DNA of 64,000 nucleotides from Callorhinchus milii (taxonomy: Eukaryota), in contig NW_024704742.1 of assembly GCF_018977255.1 (NCBI RefSeq), positions 46,688,001 to 46,752,000 of the forward strand. Reading direction: 5' to 3'. Positions 13,826 through 25,980 of the stretch are shown piece by piece. Both the position numbers and the translations under genes were made by a program. How positions within the stretch are numbered: position 1 is the first letter of the stretch; each line of letters begins with the position of its first letter. A model generated the notes under the pieces. It did no database searches, was not told the DNA's origin, and was given only the letters and a program-made list of their open reading frames with translations.

Positions 13826-14461
13826 CTGTTTTGTATAAGAACATTGAAATCATTTATTTTCATATTACATCAAGGAAATCTGAATCAAATACAGGACATA
13901 AGATAGTTTAGAGGGGGGGTCAGATAATGGGGCATATGGGGCAAAGGTGGGTATTTGGGGTTGAGGTACAGATCAGTTATGATCTAATAGAATGGCTTGA
14001 AGGGTTGAATGGTCTACTCCTGTTCCTATAAGTTGTACTGGAATTTTCTACGGATTGTGTTGTACATGTGAACTCTGTCACTTGAATAAATGCAAGATTC
14101 AGGGTTTACAAATTAGTCACACAGGTGACCGAGCCAACAAAGCAAAGGTAAGTGTTTATTTAATAATCCATTCCAATTATGCACAGTGTACGTTTAGAGA
14201 CACGGAGACAGAAAGAGAGATAGAGAGAGGAGGGAAAAGAGTGTGCGCGTACACGAATGAGACACACAAAAATTATTTCCCCAATGGTGATGATTACAAA
14301 CAGTGTGTCTCAACCAACCTGAACAGCCCAACAATGCAGTTTACATATGGCTGGGCTGGGCTGTGCAGAACTACCATAAACAAACATCAGGGAAGGTCCA
14401 TTGACCAGGAGTGAAAGATGCAATATATGTATATATAATATATAACTTCTTCTATCTATCT

Positions 14462-15026
14462 TCTATATATATTTATACTAAGAAAACAACAATATCTGTC
14501 TGCGCTTCAAGAAGGATCGCAATTACCGATTGATAGAGACCTGATTTATACCTCATCGGAAAGGTCTTGCATCTAGGAATAACATGGGCATATTTGGTTT
14601 TGGGTATCTCCTATTGTTCATGAGTTAGTTTCAGTTTTGCATTTATCGCTGCAGTCACGCTCAGTGGCCATCGAGTCAACGTGACGCTGTGGCATCGTGC
14701 GTCAAAGAGCACGTACGTATATACACACTCACTGCACTTACATCTGGTGGCCACGCCAGCTGACCATGGCGCTGTGGCATCCTGCGTCACAGAATACACA
14801 CGTAGCCAAACGACGGGAACAAAATAAAGAACACAAACACCCAAAGCTAACTTGCGGCAACAACAACAAAATTACATTTTTAAAGCGCCGAATCCTCCCA
14901 CTGAGTCCTCGCAAAAGGAGTCCTCCCACAGGAGTCCTCCCAGATGAATATAGATAAAAGATGAAATGTCTGTCTGTCTGTGTCCATCTGCATTCTATAT
15001 TGAATCCTTTGGTTGCAAGCGTAGAG
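14462..15026 (+). mobile_element. Non-autonomous Helitron-like element; its 3' tip continues at 19307-19327 after the CR1
   Basis: TCTATA..TATACTAA-type start in AT context, (GTCT)n tract, split terminal hairpin TTGCAAGC..GCTGCAA followed by CAGCTAT. A related segment lies at 19580-19702. Confidence 0.45.
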
Positions 15027-18000
15027 TCAGTCAGTCAGAGGCACGAGAGCGAGGGGCGAGGAGAGCAATCAGTCAGTCAGCCAGGAGCAGAGGATAAAAA
15101 AAAGCGAGAAAATTAAAAAGTGACGTCAGAGCGACGTCAGTATCAACACTAACTGCAGACTAACAGTAAACTAACACTGACATCTATCAACACTATCAAC
15201 TATCAACACATCACACACCACGGACTTAACTTGATTAACTTACCTTGATTGATTTAACTTAGCTTGATCAACTTAATTGGATCAACTTGATTAAATTAAA
15301 ACTTAATTAAATTAACTTAAGTAACTAACTCAAGTTGGAAGTGGTGACAATGGCATGGCAGGTGTTATGTGAGGAGTGTGACATGTGGGAGCCCCGAGCG
15401 ACCACATCTGCAGAAGATGTCTGCAGCTGAGGCTCAGAGAGCTGGAATCCGAGGTGCAGACACTATGGAGTATCAGAGATAGTGAGTGCTTCCTGGATAG
15501 CTACATCCTGGTGCCAGTCACTCCCTTGAGGGAATATACAGTCAACATTGGTTATGGTCAGGATAGATCAATGGACAGTCAGGAGGTCAGGGGGACAACG
15601 GAAAAAGTGGTAGTAAATCCGGCATTAACCTTGAGCAATAGATATGAGATCCTTGGAACTTGTATCGATAAGGAAGCCGGTGAGGTGGAAGGAAAAACTA
15701 CCTCTAACATTGGGGCAAACGAGCGGATGGTTGTTGTCATTGGGGATGAGACTATTAGACAGACAGACACAATCATCTGCAACCCCAACCAGAAGAACCG
15801 AAACGAAGGCTTTGTTGCCTCCCTGGGGCCAGGGTGAAGGATGTCTCGGCAGGGCTAGAGGATAATTTAAAATACGAGGGCAAGGATCCGTTGGTGGTAC
15901 TTCACATAGGTAGCAATGACATCGGCAGAGTTGGCCAAGATGACTTGAGAAGGGAATTCAAAGAGCTGGGGTCCAAATTGAAGTCAAGATCATCGAAGGT
16001 GGTAATATCGGGACTACTGCCTGTACCATACAACAATTGGTACAGGAACAAACAAATTAAGGACTTGGACGCATGGCTAAAAGAGTGGTGCGAAACTCAG
16101 GGGTTTCTTTTTATGGGCCATTGGCACGAGTATTGGGGGAAAAGAGAGCTCTTTCAGAGAAATGGGCTGCATTTAAATCGGGCTGGGACAAATGTCCTAG
16201 CTAAACGAATTAATAGGGAGGTAAATAAAAATTTAAACTGGTAAAGGGGGGGAATATATAAGTACGAGAAACCATAAGTTAGCATTAGAAAAAGTAAAGA
16301 TGACAGTGCAGAATGGCATGCCAGATAATAGGAATATGTTAAGTAGGGGTAAGAAGCTTGGCAAAGCAGATAAGGACTCAGAGAGTAGAGGAAATGGTAG
16401 GAAATTAAAAATGTTATATCTGAATGCGCGAAGCATTCGGAATAAAACTGACGAATTAAAAGCACAGATAGACACATATGGGTACGATCCAGTAGCCATC
16501 ACTGAAACACGGTTACAAGGAGATCTATGGTGGGAGTTAAATATTCCAGGGTTCTCAGTTTACAGGAAAGATAGGTACTGTGGGAAACGAGGTGGGGAGA
16601 TAGCCCTGTTAATTAGGGATGAAATAAAAGCAGTGAAGAGGAAGGATCTGAAATCCGATGACCAGGAGGTCGAGACAATATGGGTGCAAATAAAAAATAA
16701 TCAAGGGCAGAAAATATTAATGGAAGTGGTTTATAGACCCCCAAACAGCGATCACAATTTAGCACAGGCTATCAATCAAGAAATCAGTGGCACATGTAGG
16801 AAAGGTCAAGCGATAATAGTGGGTGATTTCAATCGCGACATAGATTGGGAAAACCAAATCGGCAAAAGTAGGTCAGAAGAAGAGTTCATTGAATGTATGA
16901 GAGATAACTTTCTGGAGCAGCATGCCGAGGAACCAACTAGGGGCAGGCCATCCTAGACCTTGTTTTGTGTAACGAAACAGGGCAAGTTGGCAGTGTAGGT
17001 ATTAAGAATCCTCTGGGACAGAGTGATCACAATATGATTGAATTCTGCATTAAGTTAGAGAGGGATATAGTTAAATCCGAGGCAAGTATTCTGAATTTAA
17101 ATAGGGCTAATTTTTTGGTATGAGAAAAGATTTAGGTAAAATAGACTGAAGAATAAGATTAAGAGGTACAAATGTAGACCAACAGTGGCAAATATTCAAG
17201 GATTTAGTGCAAAATTCTCAGGGGTTGCATATTCCCTTGCGGAATAAGAGTACCACAGGGAAAGCAATTCATCCGTGGCTAACTAGAGCAGTTAGGGAAA
17301 GCATCAAATTAAAAGAAAAGGCTTATAAAACTGCCAAAAAAGCGGCAAATCTGAAGATTAGGAGAGTTTTAAAAACCAGCAAAATAAAACTAAAAAACTC
17401 ATTAAGAGCGAGAAAATGGAGTATGAGGGTAAGCTAGCTAGGAACATTAAGTCTGATTGTAAAAGTTTTTACAAATATATTAAGAGGAATAGGCTAGTGA
17501 GGGTAAATGTAGGTCCACTTCAGTCAGAGATGGGAGAAGTTGTAATGGGGGATAAGGACATGGCAGAGTCCCTAAATGGGTACTTTGTATCTGTCTTCAC
17601 CCTAGAAGACACAACAAGTCTGCCAACAATAGAGATGCACCAAAGGGATAAGGACAGGGAGCAACTTAGGGAAATTTTCATTAGTAGAGAATTGGTGTTA
17701 GGGAAATTATTAGCACTAAAAAGTGACAAATCCCCTGGTCCGGATGGCTTGCATCCCAGGGTTTTAAAAGAGGTAGCTTATGAGATAGTGGAGGCCTTAT
17801 GTCTGATCTTCCAAAATTCCTTGGATTCTGGAACAGTCCCCATGGATTAGAAGATCACAAATGTCACACCACTATTTAAAAAAGGTGGAAAGGAAAAGAT
17901 GGGGAACTATAGGCCAGTTAGTCTCACATCAGCGATAAGAAAAAATTTAGAATTGTTGAATAAGGATGTGGTAGTGCGGTATTTAGAGGAGCACAATATA

Positions 18001-19307
18001 ATTAGGGCCAAGTCAACATGGCTTTACAAAAGGGAAGTCATAGTTGACAAATCGCATAGAGTTTTTTGAGGATATTGCCAGTAAACTAGATAAGGGTGAA
18101 TCAGTGGATGTGGTCTATTTGGACTTTCAGAAGGCATTCGATAAGGTGCCGCATAAAAGGTTAAACCAAAAGATAGGGGCCTACGGAATTGGGGGGAGCA
18201 TATTAACATCGAATAGGGAATGGTTAACGGGTAGGAAACAAAGAGTAGGGATAAACGGGTCCTTTTCAGATTGGCGGGATGTGACTAGTGGAGTGCCACA
18301 AGGATCAGTCCTTGGGCCTCAGCTATTTACCATCTATATCAATGATCTAGATGAGGACATCGAAGTTAATATATCTAAATTCACGGATGACACAAAACTA
18401 GGAGGAAGTGTCAACACAGAGGGTCACATTAAAAAATGCAGTGCGACATAGATAGGTTAGGTGATTGGGCAGGTAGGTGGCAGATGAGTATAATGTAGGG
18501 AAGTGCAAAGTCATCCACCTCGGTAGCAAAAACAGTAGAGCGGGTTATTTTTTAAAAGGGCAGAGACTGGAATGTGTTGGCGTCCAGAGGGACTCGGGTG
18601 TCTTTGTACACCAATCACAGAAAGTTAGTCTGCAGGTGCAGCAGCAATTGGGAAGGCAAACAGTATGTTTGCATTCATTATGAAAGGATTAGAGTATAAG
18701 AGTAGGGAAGTCTTGCTGCAACTGTATAGGGCCCTGGTGAGACCACACCTGGAATACTGTGTGCAGTTTTGGTCTCCTTATTTAAAGAAGGATGTATTTG
18801 CCTTGGAGGGGGTGCAGCGTAGATTTACTAGGCTAGTGCCAGGGATGAAGGGGTTGAGTTACAAGGATAGGCTGACCAATTTGGGCCTATATTCTCTAGA
18901 ATATAGAAGAATTAGAGGGGATCTTATAGAAACCTATAAGATCATCAAAGGGCATGATAGAGTAGATAGTGGGAGATTGTTTCCCCTGGTTGGAGAAACT
19001 AAAACCAGTGGTCACAACCTTAAAATCAGAGGCCAGCCCTTTCGCACTGAGTTGAGGAAGAACTTCTTCGCTCAAAGGGTGGTGAATGTATGGAACTCAC
19101 TACCCCAAAGGGCTGTTGACGCTCAGTCCTTGAACATCTTCAAGACTGAGATAGATATATTTCTTATTGCGAAAGGGACTAAGGGATATGGGGATAAGGC
19201 AGGGTTAGGTTATTAGCTGGAGTTAGATTAGAAGATCAGCCATGATTGATTGGCGGGGCAGGCTCGAAGGGCCAAATGGCCTTCTCCTGTTTCTACACGT
19301 TATGTTA
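15025..19307 (+). mobile_element. Near full-length, inactivated CR1 LINE (antisense to ARAP2)
   Basis: Has a 5'UTR and ORF1 ~15350-16244 (CxxC..HxCxxC, coiled coil, SGNH esterase motifs VIGD/GSND/GLHLN). ORF2 ~16300-19216 has APE (LNARSIRNK, VYRPP, GDFN) and RT ([23 protein letters not shown]) with several frameshifts and stops. CR1-type tail GGGCCAAATGGCC...TTATGTTA. Confidence 0.95.
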
Positions 19308-19360
19308 GCTGCAACAGGTCCAGCTATATGTTATAAAGTGTAGTGACTGTGTGTTTTGTG

Positions 19361-19575
19361 GGAGAGACAGAGAAAGACTGAGAGAGAGCTAGACTGAGAG
19401 AGAGAGAGACAGAGAGAGAGAGCTGTGAGATTGAGAGAGCTGTGAGAGTGAGAGAGACAGAGAGTGAGAGAGACTGAGAGAGTGAGAGAGACTGAGAAAG
19501 TGAGAGACTGGGAGAAAGAGAAAGAGACTGAGAGAGAAAGAGAAACTGAGAGAGAGAGATAGACTGAGAGAGAGA
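19361..19575. repeat. Imperfect (GA)n tract; (TA)n at ~19703-19736
   Basis: Directly visible. Confidence 0.9.
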
Positions 19576-19701
19576 ATATATTAAAGGAGTCCTCCCACAG
19601 CAGTCCTCCCAGCTGAGTATAATGTCTAGATGAAATGTCTGTCTGTGTGGCTGTCTACGTTCCATAATAGATCCTTTTGCAACCAGAGCTGCAATGGGCA
19701 C

Positions 19702-19734
<33 letters not shown>

Positions 19735-20520
19735 TACACACACACTCTTGTTGGTGTGTTGCTATTACTGCAATAATATCTGTCCAGTCTAAATGGGGAA
19801 AACCTGCAAAACTGTAGCACAGTGTGTCGCTGAAGCAGCTGTTTAAATAGAATTGCAATAACAGAACGGCAAACAGATTGAAGTGAATTAAAAGGCGGCA
19901 TTACAATCGAGCTGGAATAGTGCCATAAAGTGAAAGGGGAACCTTTTTTTTTACCTTAAATGCAGAGATTGTGCTACTGCTTTCCACACCCTCCCAGTAA
20001 GATTGACATTTCCAAGAAAGAAAAATGACTAAATGTTGGAAATCAGAAATAAAAATAAAATCCACAGCGGGTCAAAAGATGGGCTAACGTTTCGAATGAA
20101 ACTGCAGCAAGCCCACACTACAGTACAGGGCTAACCTCTCCAAGTTAAAAGTGTAACAAACTTCATTCATTAGTTCCTTTGCCTTTAAGTGCACTTGTCA
20201 GTCAGTGAGGCTGAAGAAAACTGCTGAATTGGGTCTCTCAATAGCACCAATCAAACCTCTGCAATTCTGCACAAAATTTATCAAATTTCTCTGCAATTTT
20301 CTGCAAAATTATCAAATGCCTCACAATTTGGGGCAAATATTTCCACAATTTTCTATTGGCCCAGGTTATGAAGTTCACTAGAAACCATGCTCAGTAATCT
20401 AACCTGTTCCATTGGTCAACTAAAGAGACTTACGAGTAAAAAAAAGGGAAAGGCAAATCAAACCTGTAGGTGGTAAAAGTTAAATAAAAATTATGAAGGT
20501 ATAACTTTTTTTTTACTTAC

Positions 20521-20600
20521 CATATGATAATGGAATTTTTGGAACATCACAAGTCTTGGAAACATTTGATAGATTGAAGTTTCTTCTTTTCAGTAAGGAA
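20521..20600 (-). CDS. ARAP2: ARAP2 exon 3 (80 nt; SSLLKRRNFNLSNVSKTCDVPKIPLSY)
   Basis: Acceptor TTTCATTTACTACAG| and donor ATG|GTAAGT. Phase 2 in and phase 1 out join both neighbours in frame. RRN motif aligns with the recalled human peptide. Confidence 0.85.
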
Positions 20601-20669
20601 CTGTAGTAAATGAAATGAAAGAATGTAATGTACTCTGTCCACCTGTAACATCTAGGTGCAATGCACACT

Positions 20670-20984
20670 AATAATAATAATAATCCTTGCATTTGATATA
20701 GCGCTTTTCACGTCAGGAGGACGTCCCAAAGCGCTTCACAGAACACACTGTAAAGTGAATTGACTGTATATTTGTGGGCGAACGCAGCAGCCAATTGCGC
20801 ACAGCAATGTCCCACAAACAGTCATGGATTGAAAATGACCAATTTATTATTGTTTTTGGTTTTGGAGGGATTATTATTAGGCGTCTGGAGTAAGGAAACT
20901 TGCCCAAGGTTTCGCTCTGCCTGGAATTGAACTCAGGTCTCTAGCTTGCAAAGCGAGTGCTCAACCACTGAGCTACAGGACTCC
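20670..20984 (-). mobile_element. tRNA-Ala-derived SINE, short form
   Basis: Full copy; CACACT present at both ends (TSD-like). Confidence 0.9.
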
Positions 20985-21179
20985 ACACTCCTCATGAAGT
21001 AGCACCACAAACTGTGTTACAAAATAATTCAATTGCCTCTTCACTTTATGATCAAAAGACAAACCACATTTTTTGAGTACCTGAGTGGCTTGGCCCTAAA
21101 ATGTTTTGCATGGGGGGGGGATTGGATTGCATTGGATCATCCAAGAACTCAAAGTGACCTTTTTTTTATTAAAAGGTAC

Positions 21180-21580
21180 CTGGGTCACGCTTGTCTCTGA
21201 ATCAGAAGGTTGTGGGTCAAGCCTTACGTCGGGATTTGGAATCACATAAGCTGGCACTCCAATGCAGTGCCGGGAAACATTGCATTGTCAGAGTTACCAT
21301 CCTTCGGATGACAAATTAAACTGAGGTCCTGTCTGTCTGTTCAGGTGGATGTTGAAGATTCGATTCCTCTATTGAAAAAAAGTTTCTCCCTGTGTCCTGT
21401 CCAACAATACCCCAAATAAACCTGGTCACTCACTCCATGGCTGTTGTGGAACATTACTGTGCGCACACTGGCTACCACTTTTCTCCCACAAAAACACAGT
21501 CAATCCACTTTACAGTGTATCCTGTGAAGCACTTTGTGATGTTTCGATGACATAAGACGATATGTCAAATACAAGGATTT
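21180..21580 (+). mobile_element. DeuSINE (SacSINE1/AmnSINE1-like). Further decayed copies at ~22395-22690(-), 40405-40620(-), 41985-42350(-), 43655-43940(+), 50445-50880(+), 54850-55265(-), 55555-55720(+)
   Basis: tRNA head TCTGAATCAGAAGGTTGTGGGT followed by Deu-like GGATGA..AAACYGAGGTCCTGTCTG..CAGGTGGAYGT..AAGAT..GTGTCCTG. Family assignment is from recalled consensus. Confidence 0.75.
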
Positions 21581-22879
21581 TTTAAGAAAAAATACATTGC
21601 AGAAGCCTCACTTCAGGGCTGAGGGCGGTTGGGAACTGGAAACATAAATTTAAAGATTTGAATTGCCATTCATTCTCTTGTTGGAAACAACATATAAAAC
21701 AACTACTGCACTCTGCCAAGATAGTTTGAATAACAGAATTACCAATTACTGTCAGAATTATAGGGTTACCACTAAGTGAAATTTAAGTCAGCTGATAATG
21801 TTGAAGGAAGAGTAACTTTTCAAAATATAGACCGACTCAGTTATAACATACTCCAGTTTAATATGGATGTACTGTGGCCCTGGACTAAACTGGGCTATTA
21901 GTACAGGATGATTCCAACTATGACTGGCCGTTTTCCTACGTAGAGAAAGCATTTGTAAAATGAAGCAAGTTGTATCATTGCAGTTCCTGGACATAATATT
22001 GCAATGCATGAGGAGTCCCAACAGCTAATAAAAGCATCATTCAATTTATTTCTATTCCAAATTTGGGCAGTTCAATCATTAGTCACAGTGTGACTATTTA
22101 ATCTACTAAGTAAATATCAATTCCATACCTTAACTCAAGTATTATTTTATTCAACCATGTAAGGTTCACGGCACACTTAAAAACACAACTGCAATCTCTT
22201 CCACCCACTTGAATATTTGTGATAACAAATAATAATTGTTACTATAATCGATAATCAAATTCTTGCATTTGATATAGTGCCTTTCACATCAGGGGATGTC
22301 TCAAAGCAATTCACAGGACTTTACAGGCAAGCCATTATTGTTAAATGCCTTGGGACATCCTCCTGACTTGAAAGGCAGTGTATATATCTATTTGTATTTA
22401 CTGTAAAATGTAGTGATTGCGTACTTTGTAGGTGAAAACAGCAGCCAATTTTGCGCCCAGCAATGTCCCACAAACAGCCATGAAGTAAATGACCAATTTT
22501 TTCTGGGGGATTGCTGGCCAGGCCACCAGGAGAAATTTCCTTCTCTTTTCAAATACTGTCATGGGATCTTTAACATCCACCTGGACAAGAAGGTAAGCCC
22601 TCGGTTTAACATCTCATCCAAAGCATAGCACGTCTGACAAGGCAGCGCTCCCCTGGATTATACTGGAATGCCAGCCTAAACTACATGACTTTAAAATCGT
22701 GATGGGTGGACATGTAACCATAGCCTTAGAGGCAATTGTATATTTTGTTTTGCACACAAAATATATTGTATATTTCATTTCAGCCACAAAATATACAGTC
22801 AATTCACTTCACAGTATATTCCGCGAAGTGCTTTGGGACATCTCAATGAACTGCTCAGGTGCTATATCAAATGCAAGGT

Positions 22880-23577
22880 TTATTAGATCAGAAGTAATTG
22901 GAAAATAAAAACCTAACTGGGGTAGAGGAGCAAAGGGACCTAAGAGTACACATACACAATTCACTAAAAGTAGCAACCCAGGTTAATAAGGCCATAAAAA
23001 AAGCAAACCAGGCATTGGGGTTCATTTCTAGAGGGATAGAAATGAAAAGCCGTCTATAGAACGTTGGTTAAACCACACTTAGAATACTGTGGGCAGTTCT
23101 GGTCCCCACATTATAGAAGAGATGTAGAAGCACTGGAGAGGGTGCAAAAGAGATTCACAAGTGTGATCCCAGAACTGAGAGGTTATACCTATCAGGAAAG
23201 GCTGAACAGGCTTGGACTCTTTTCTCTTGAAAAGAGGTGGGTAAGGGGTGACCTGATAGAGGTTTTGTGGGGGAGACCAAAACCAGGGGCCATCAATATG
23301 AAACAGTCACAAATAGATCAAATAGGGAAGTTTAGAAGAGATGTCTTCACACAGAGAGTAGTGGGAATGAGGAACTTGCTACCACAAGGAGTTGTTGAGG
23401 CAAATAGCATAGATGTATTTAAGGGTAAACTAGATATGTACATGAGGGAGAAAGGAATAGAAGGTTACGTTTGAAGGCTTAGTTGAGGAAGGGCAGGAGG
23501 AGGCTCATGTGGAGCATAAACACCGGCATAGATCAGTTGGGCCGAATGGCCTGTTTCTGTGCTGCATGTTCATATGA
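22880..23577 (+). mobile_element. CR1 3' fragment
   Basis: VKPHLEYCGQFWSPHY..LERVQKRFT and a CR1 tail. Confidence 0.88.
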
Positions 23578-24789
23578 CTTTTCAGAAGTCACATGTTAAC
23601 CCTAAAAAATCACTCACCAGCTGCTTTTTCCAGTGACCTTTCAAGCTGACCATCAGAGATCGCTGGTTTAGATAACATAAAGCAAGTTGTGATATAGAAA
23701 GCAGCACTAGAAGTAGCACTACAATGCTCCTGTTAAGAGAAAGTCACATCTTTATGCACACTTTAAATTCTTGCAAATATCTCTTGCTGCAGAAATCCAG
23801 AATTTTAACTTTTACCCGTGAGACAACTGCATATAATTACATACAAAGTGGAGACTACTTAGGAACACAAAAAAAATGCTAAGCAGGAAAAGCACATGCA
23901 GGAGAATGAACACGGTTATCATTCATTCCCTAACCACAGCCATGTGTGCTTCAGTTTTTCCATCCACAGGGAGAACCTCACTGTGACACTGAGGTTTGTT
24001 CAGTTTCTGTTTTGCTCAATAGAAAGAAAACTCCCAACATTCCACAAAAAACTCAGATCCATCCAGTTGAAGTCAAACATACCAAAAGCCACCAGGGAGG
24101 AGTTCTATCTACTTGGCTTTATACGTGCATAGGCTACAGAAAAAGCTGCAGATGAAGCATTTACAAAGTGTGAAATTATGGTCAAGAACACCATTTGAAA
24201 CATGACATGCATAAACCTTGACTCAATTCTCCTCCCTTTGACTTGTCCACCAAGAATTAGAGAGCAACCTCTCCAAAGAGCAGCAGGGATCCTACCTGCC
24301 ATTAAGCGCTCATTCTCTCTGTCAACCCCATCCCCCATGAAGTGTAAAGAATTATCCAAGTATGAACTCTATAACTAAGAAGACATGAACTCTCAGCATT
24401 GTTTGACAGAAAGAGTGGAAAAGATGCAACATGGAAAACAGTGGCATATGAACAGGCAACCTCCTGCTACGGTAAGACTCAAAAATATAATGTAAATTCC
24501 TTTCTGTGCATGGTGGCAACTTCTTCCCTCCGAGGCCAATTGCATTAGTCAAAGCATTGCCCTGCCCTTCTATTGCAGCACCAAGACAAACTGTAGTACT
24601 GTAAGCATTGCCCTGCCATACATGAATTAAACCCGGCACAAATAAAAGATAAAACCTGGTGCATCTGACTCAGTACTAGCATGTGGTAAATTTACCCAGT
24701 AGAGTTGTGAGCTCACTTTCACAAGTTTTAGAAAGTTCAGACTTATCGGAAACCAAGTGAGCCAACTTCAGTTCTTGATAAACCCTTGT

Positions 24790-25980
24790 CAAAATCCTCA
24801 TTCTTGCCTTCAAAAGCCCTCAATGTCCTTGCTCCTCCCTACCTCTGTGACCTGCTAACTCCAAATATCCCCTCCCTCTGTTCGGCGGGCTCTGGCATGT
24901 TCCATGTCTCCCACCGATGGAGATCAGGCCTTCAGCCTTTCTTACCCCACCCTTCAGAAATCCATCCTAGTTCCTTCGCCTCATTCCCTCCTTTGCCTCC
25001 TTCAAGGCACGTCTCAAGACCCCCCTCCTTTACCAAGCCTTCGGTCACCCTCCTACCATACATGTTCTCCACCCCTCCTGATTCCAAACCCCAGCTCCGG
25101 TCCAAATCCCTGACTGATCAGTACCTTGGGACATTCTGGATGAGAGATAACTTTCTTCAATTGAACATCAACAAGACCGAGTCTCTCCTTATTGGCTCCC
25201 ATCAGTGCCTCCTAACCTCAGGCGCTGGCAGCATCACCATCCATGGTTGCACACTCCACCTCGCTAAGCCAGTCTGGAACCTTGGGTCTTGTTTGACCCT
25301 CAACTATCCTTTCTACCCCACATCTGCGCCATGACCCGCTCTGCCTTCCCCGACCTCCGCAACGTCGCCCGGCTCCAACACTGTCTCACACCGCAGGCCG
25401 CTGAAACTCTCATACATGCCTTCATTACATCGAGGCTCAACTATGCAAACTCATTGCTTCTCGGCCTCCCCAACTCCTCTCTCCACAGGCTGCAGATCAT
25501 CCAGAACTCTGCAGCCCGTGTCTTCTCCCACACTAGGCTCCGCGATCCGATCGCCCCCCATCCTTGCCCAACTCCACTGGCTTCCCATCACACAGAGGAT
25601 ACAGTTCAAGATCCTGGTCCTCACCTTACAAACCCCTCTATCTTGCTCCCCTCTACCTCTCCGACCTCCTAACCCCCTACCATCCTGTTCCTTCCCTCTG
25701 CTCAGCAGGCTCCGGCCTGCTTCCCGTCCCCCACCTTGCTCGTCCCACTATTGGAGGGTGGGCCTTCTGCCACTCTGCCCCCACCCTCTGTAATTCCAGC
25801 CCGCAGTCCCTCCGTCTCGCCCCTCCCTTGCCACCTTCAAGACCCATCTCAAGACCCTCCTCTTCGATCTCCCTGCTTCCCCCCCTGCCCTCTACCCTCT
25901 CCCACCCAGACCCCCAACTTGGGTCCGTAATTTTGTCTGTCCAGAACCTTGGGACGTCCTCCCAATGTGAAAGATTGTAA
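24790..25980 (+). mobile_element. Tandem old L2 3' fragments
   Basis: [26 protein letters not shown] and an L2 tail. Confidence 0.85.

Noticed and set aside
15385..19216. Active CR1 or domesticated esterase gene
   Set aside because: Both ORFs carry multiple frameshifts and stops (for example TAG at 17848-17850).
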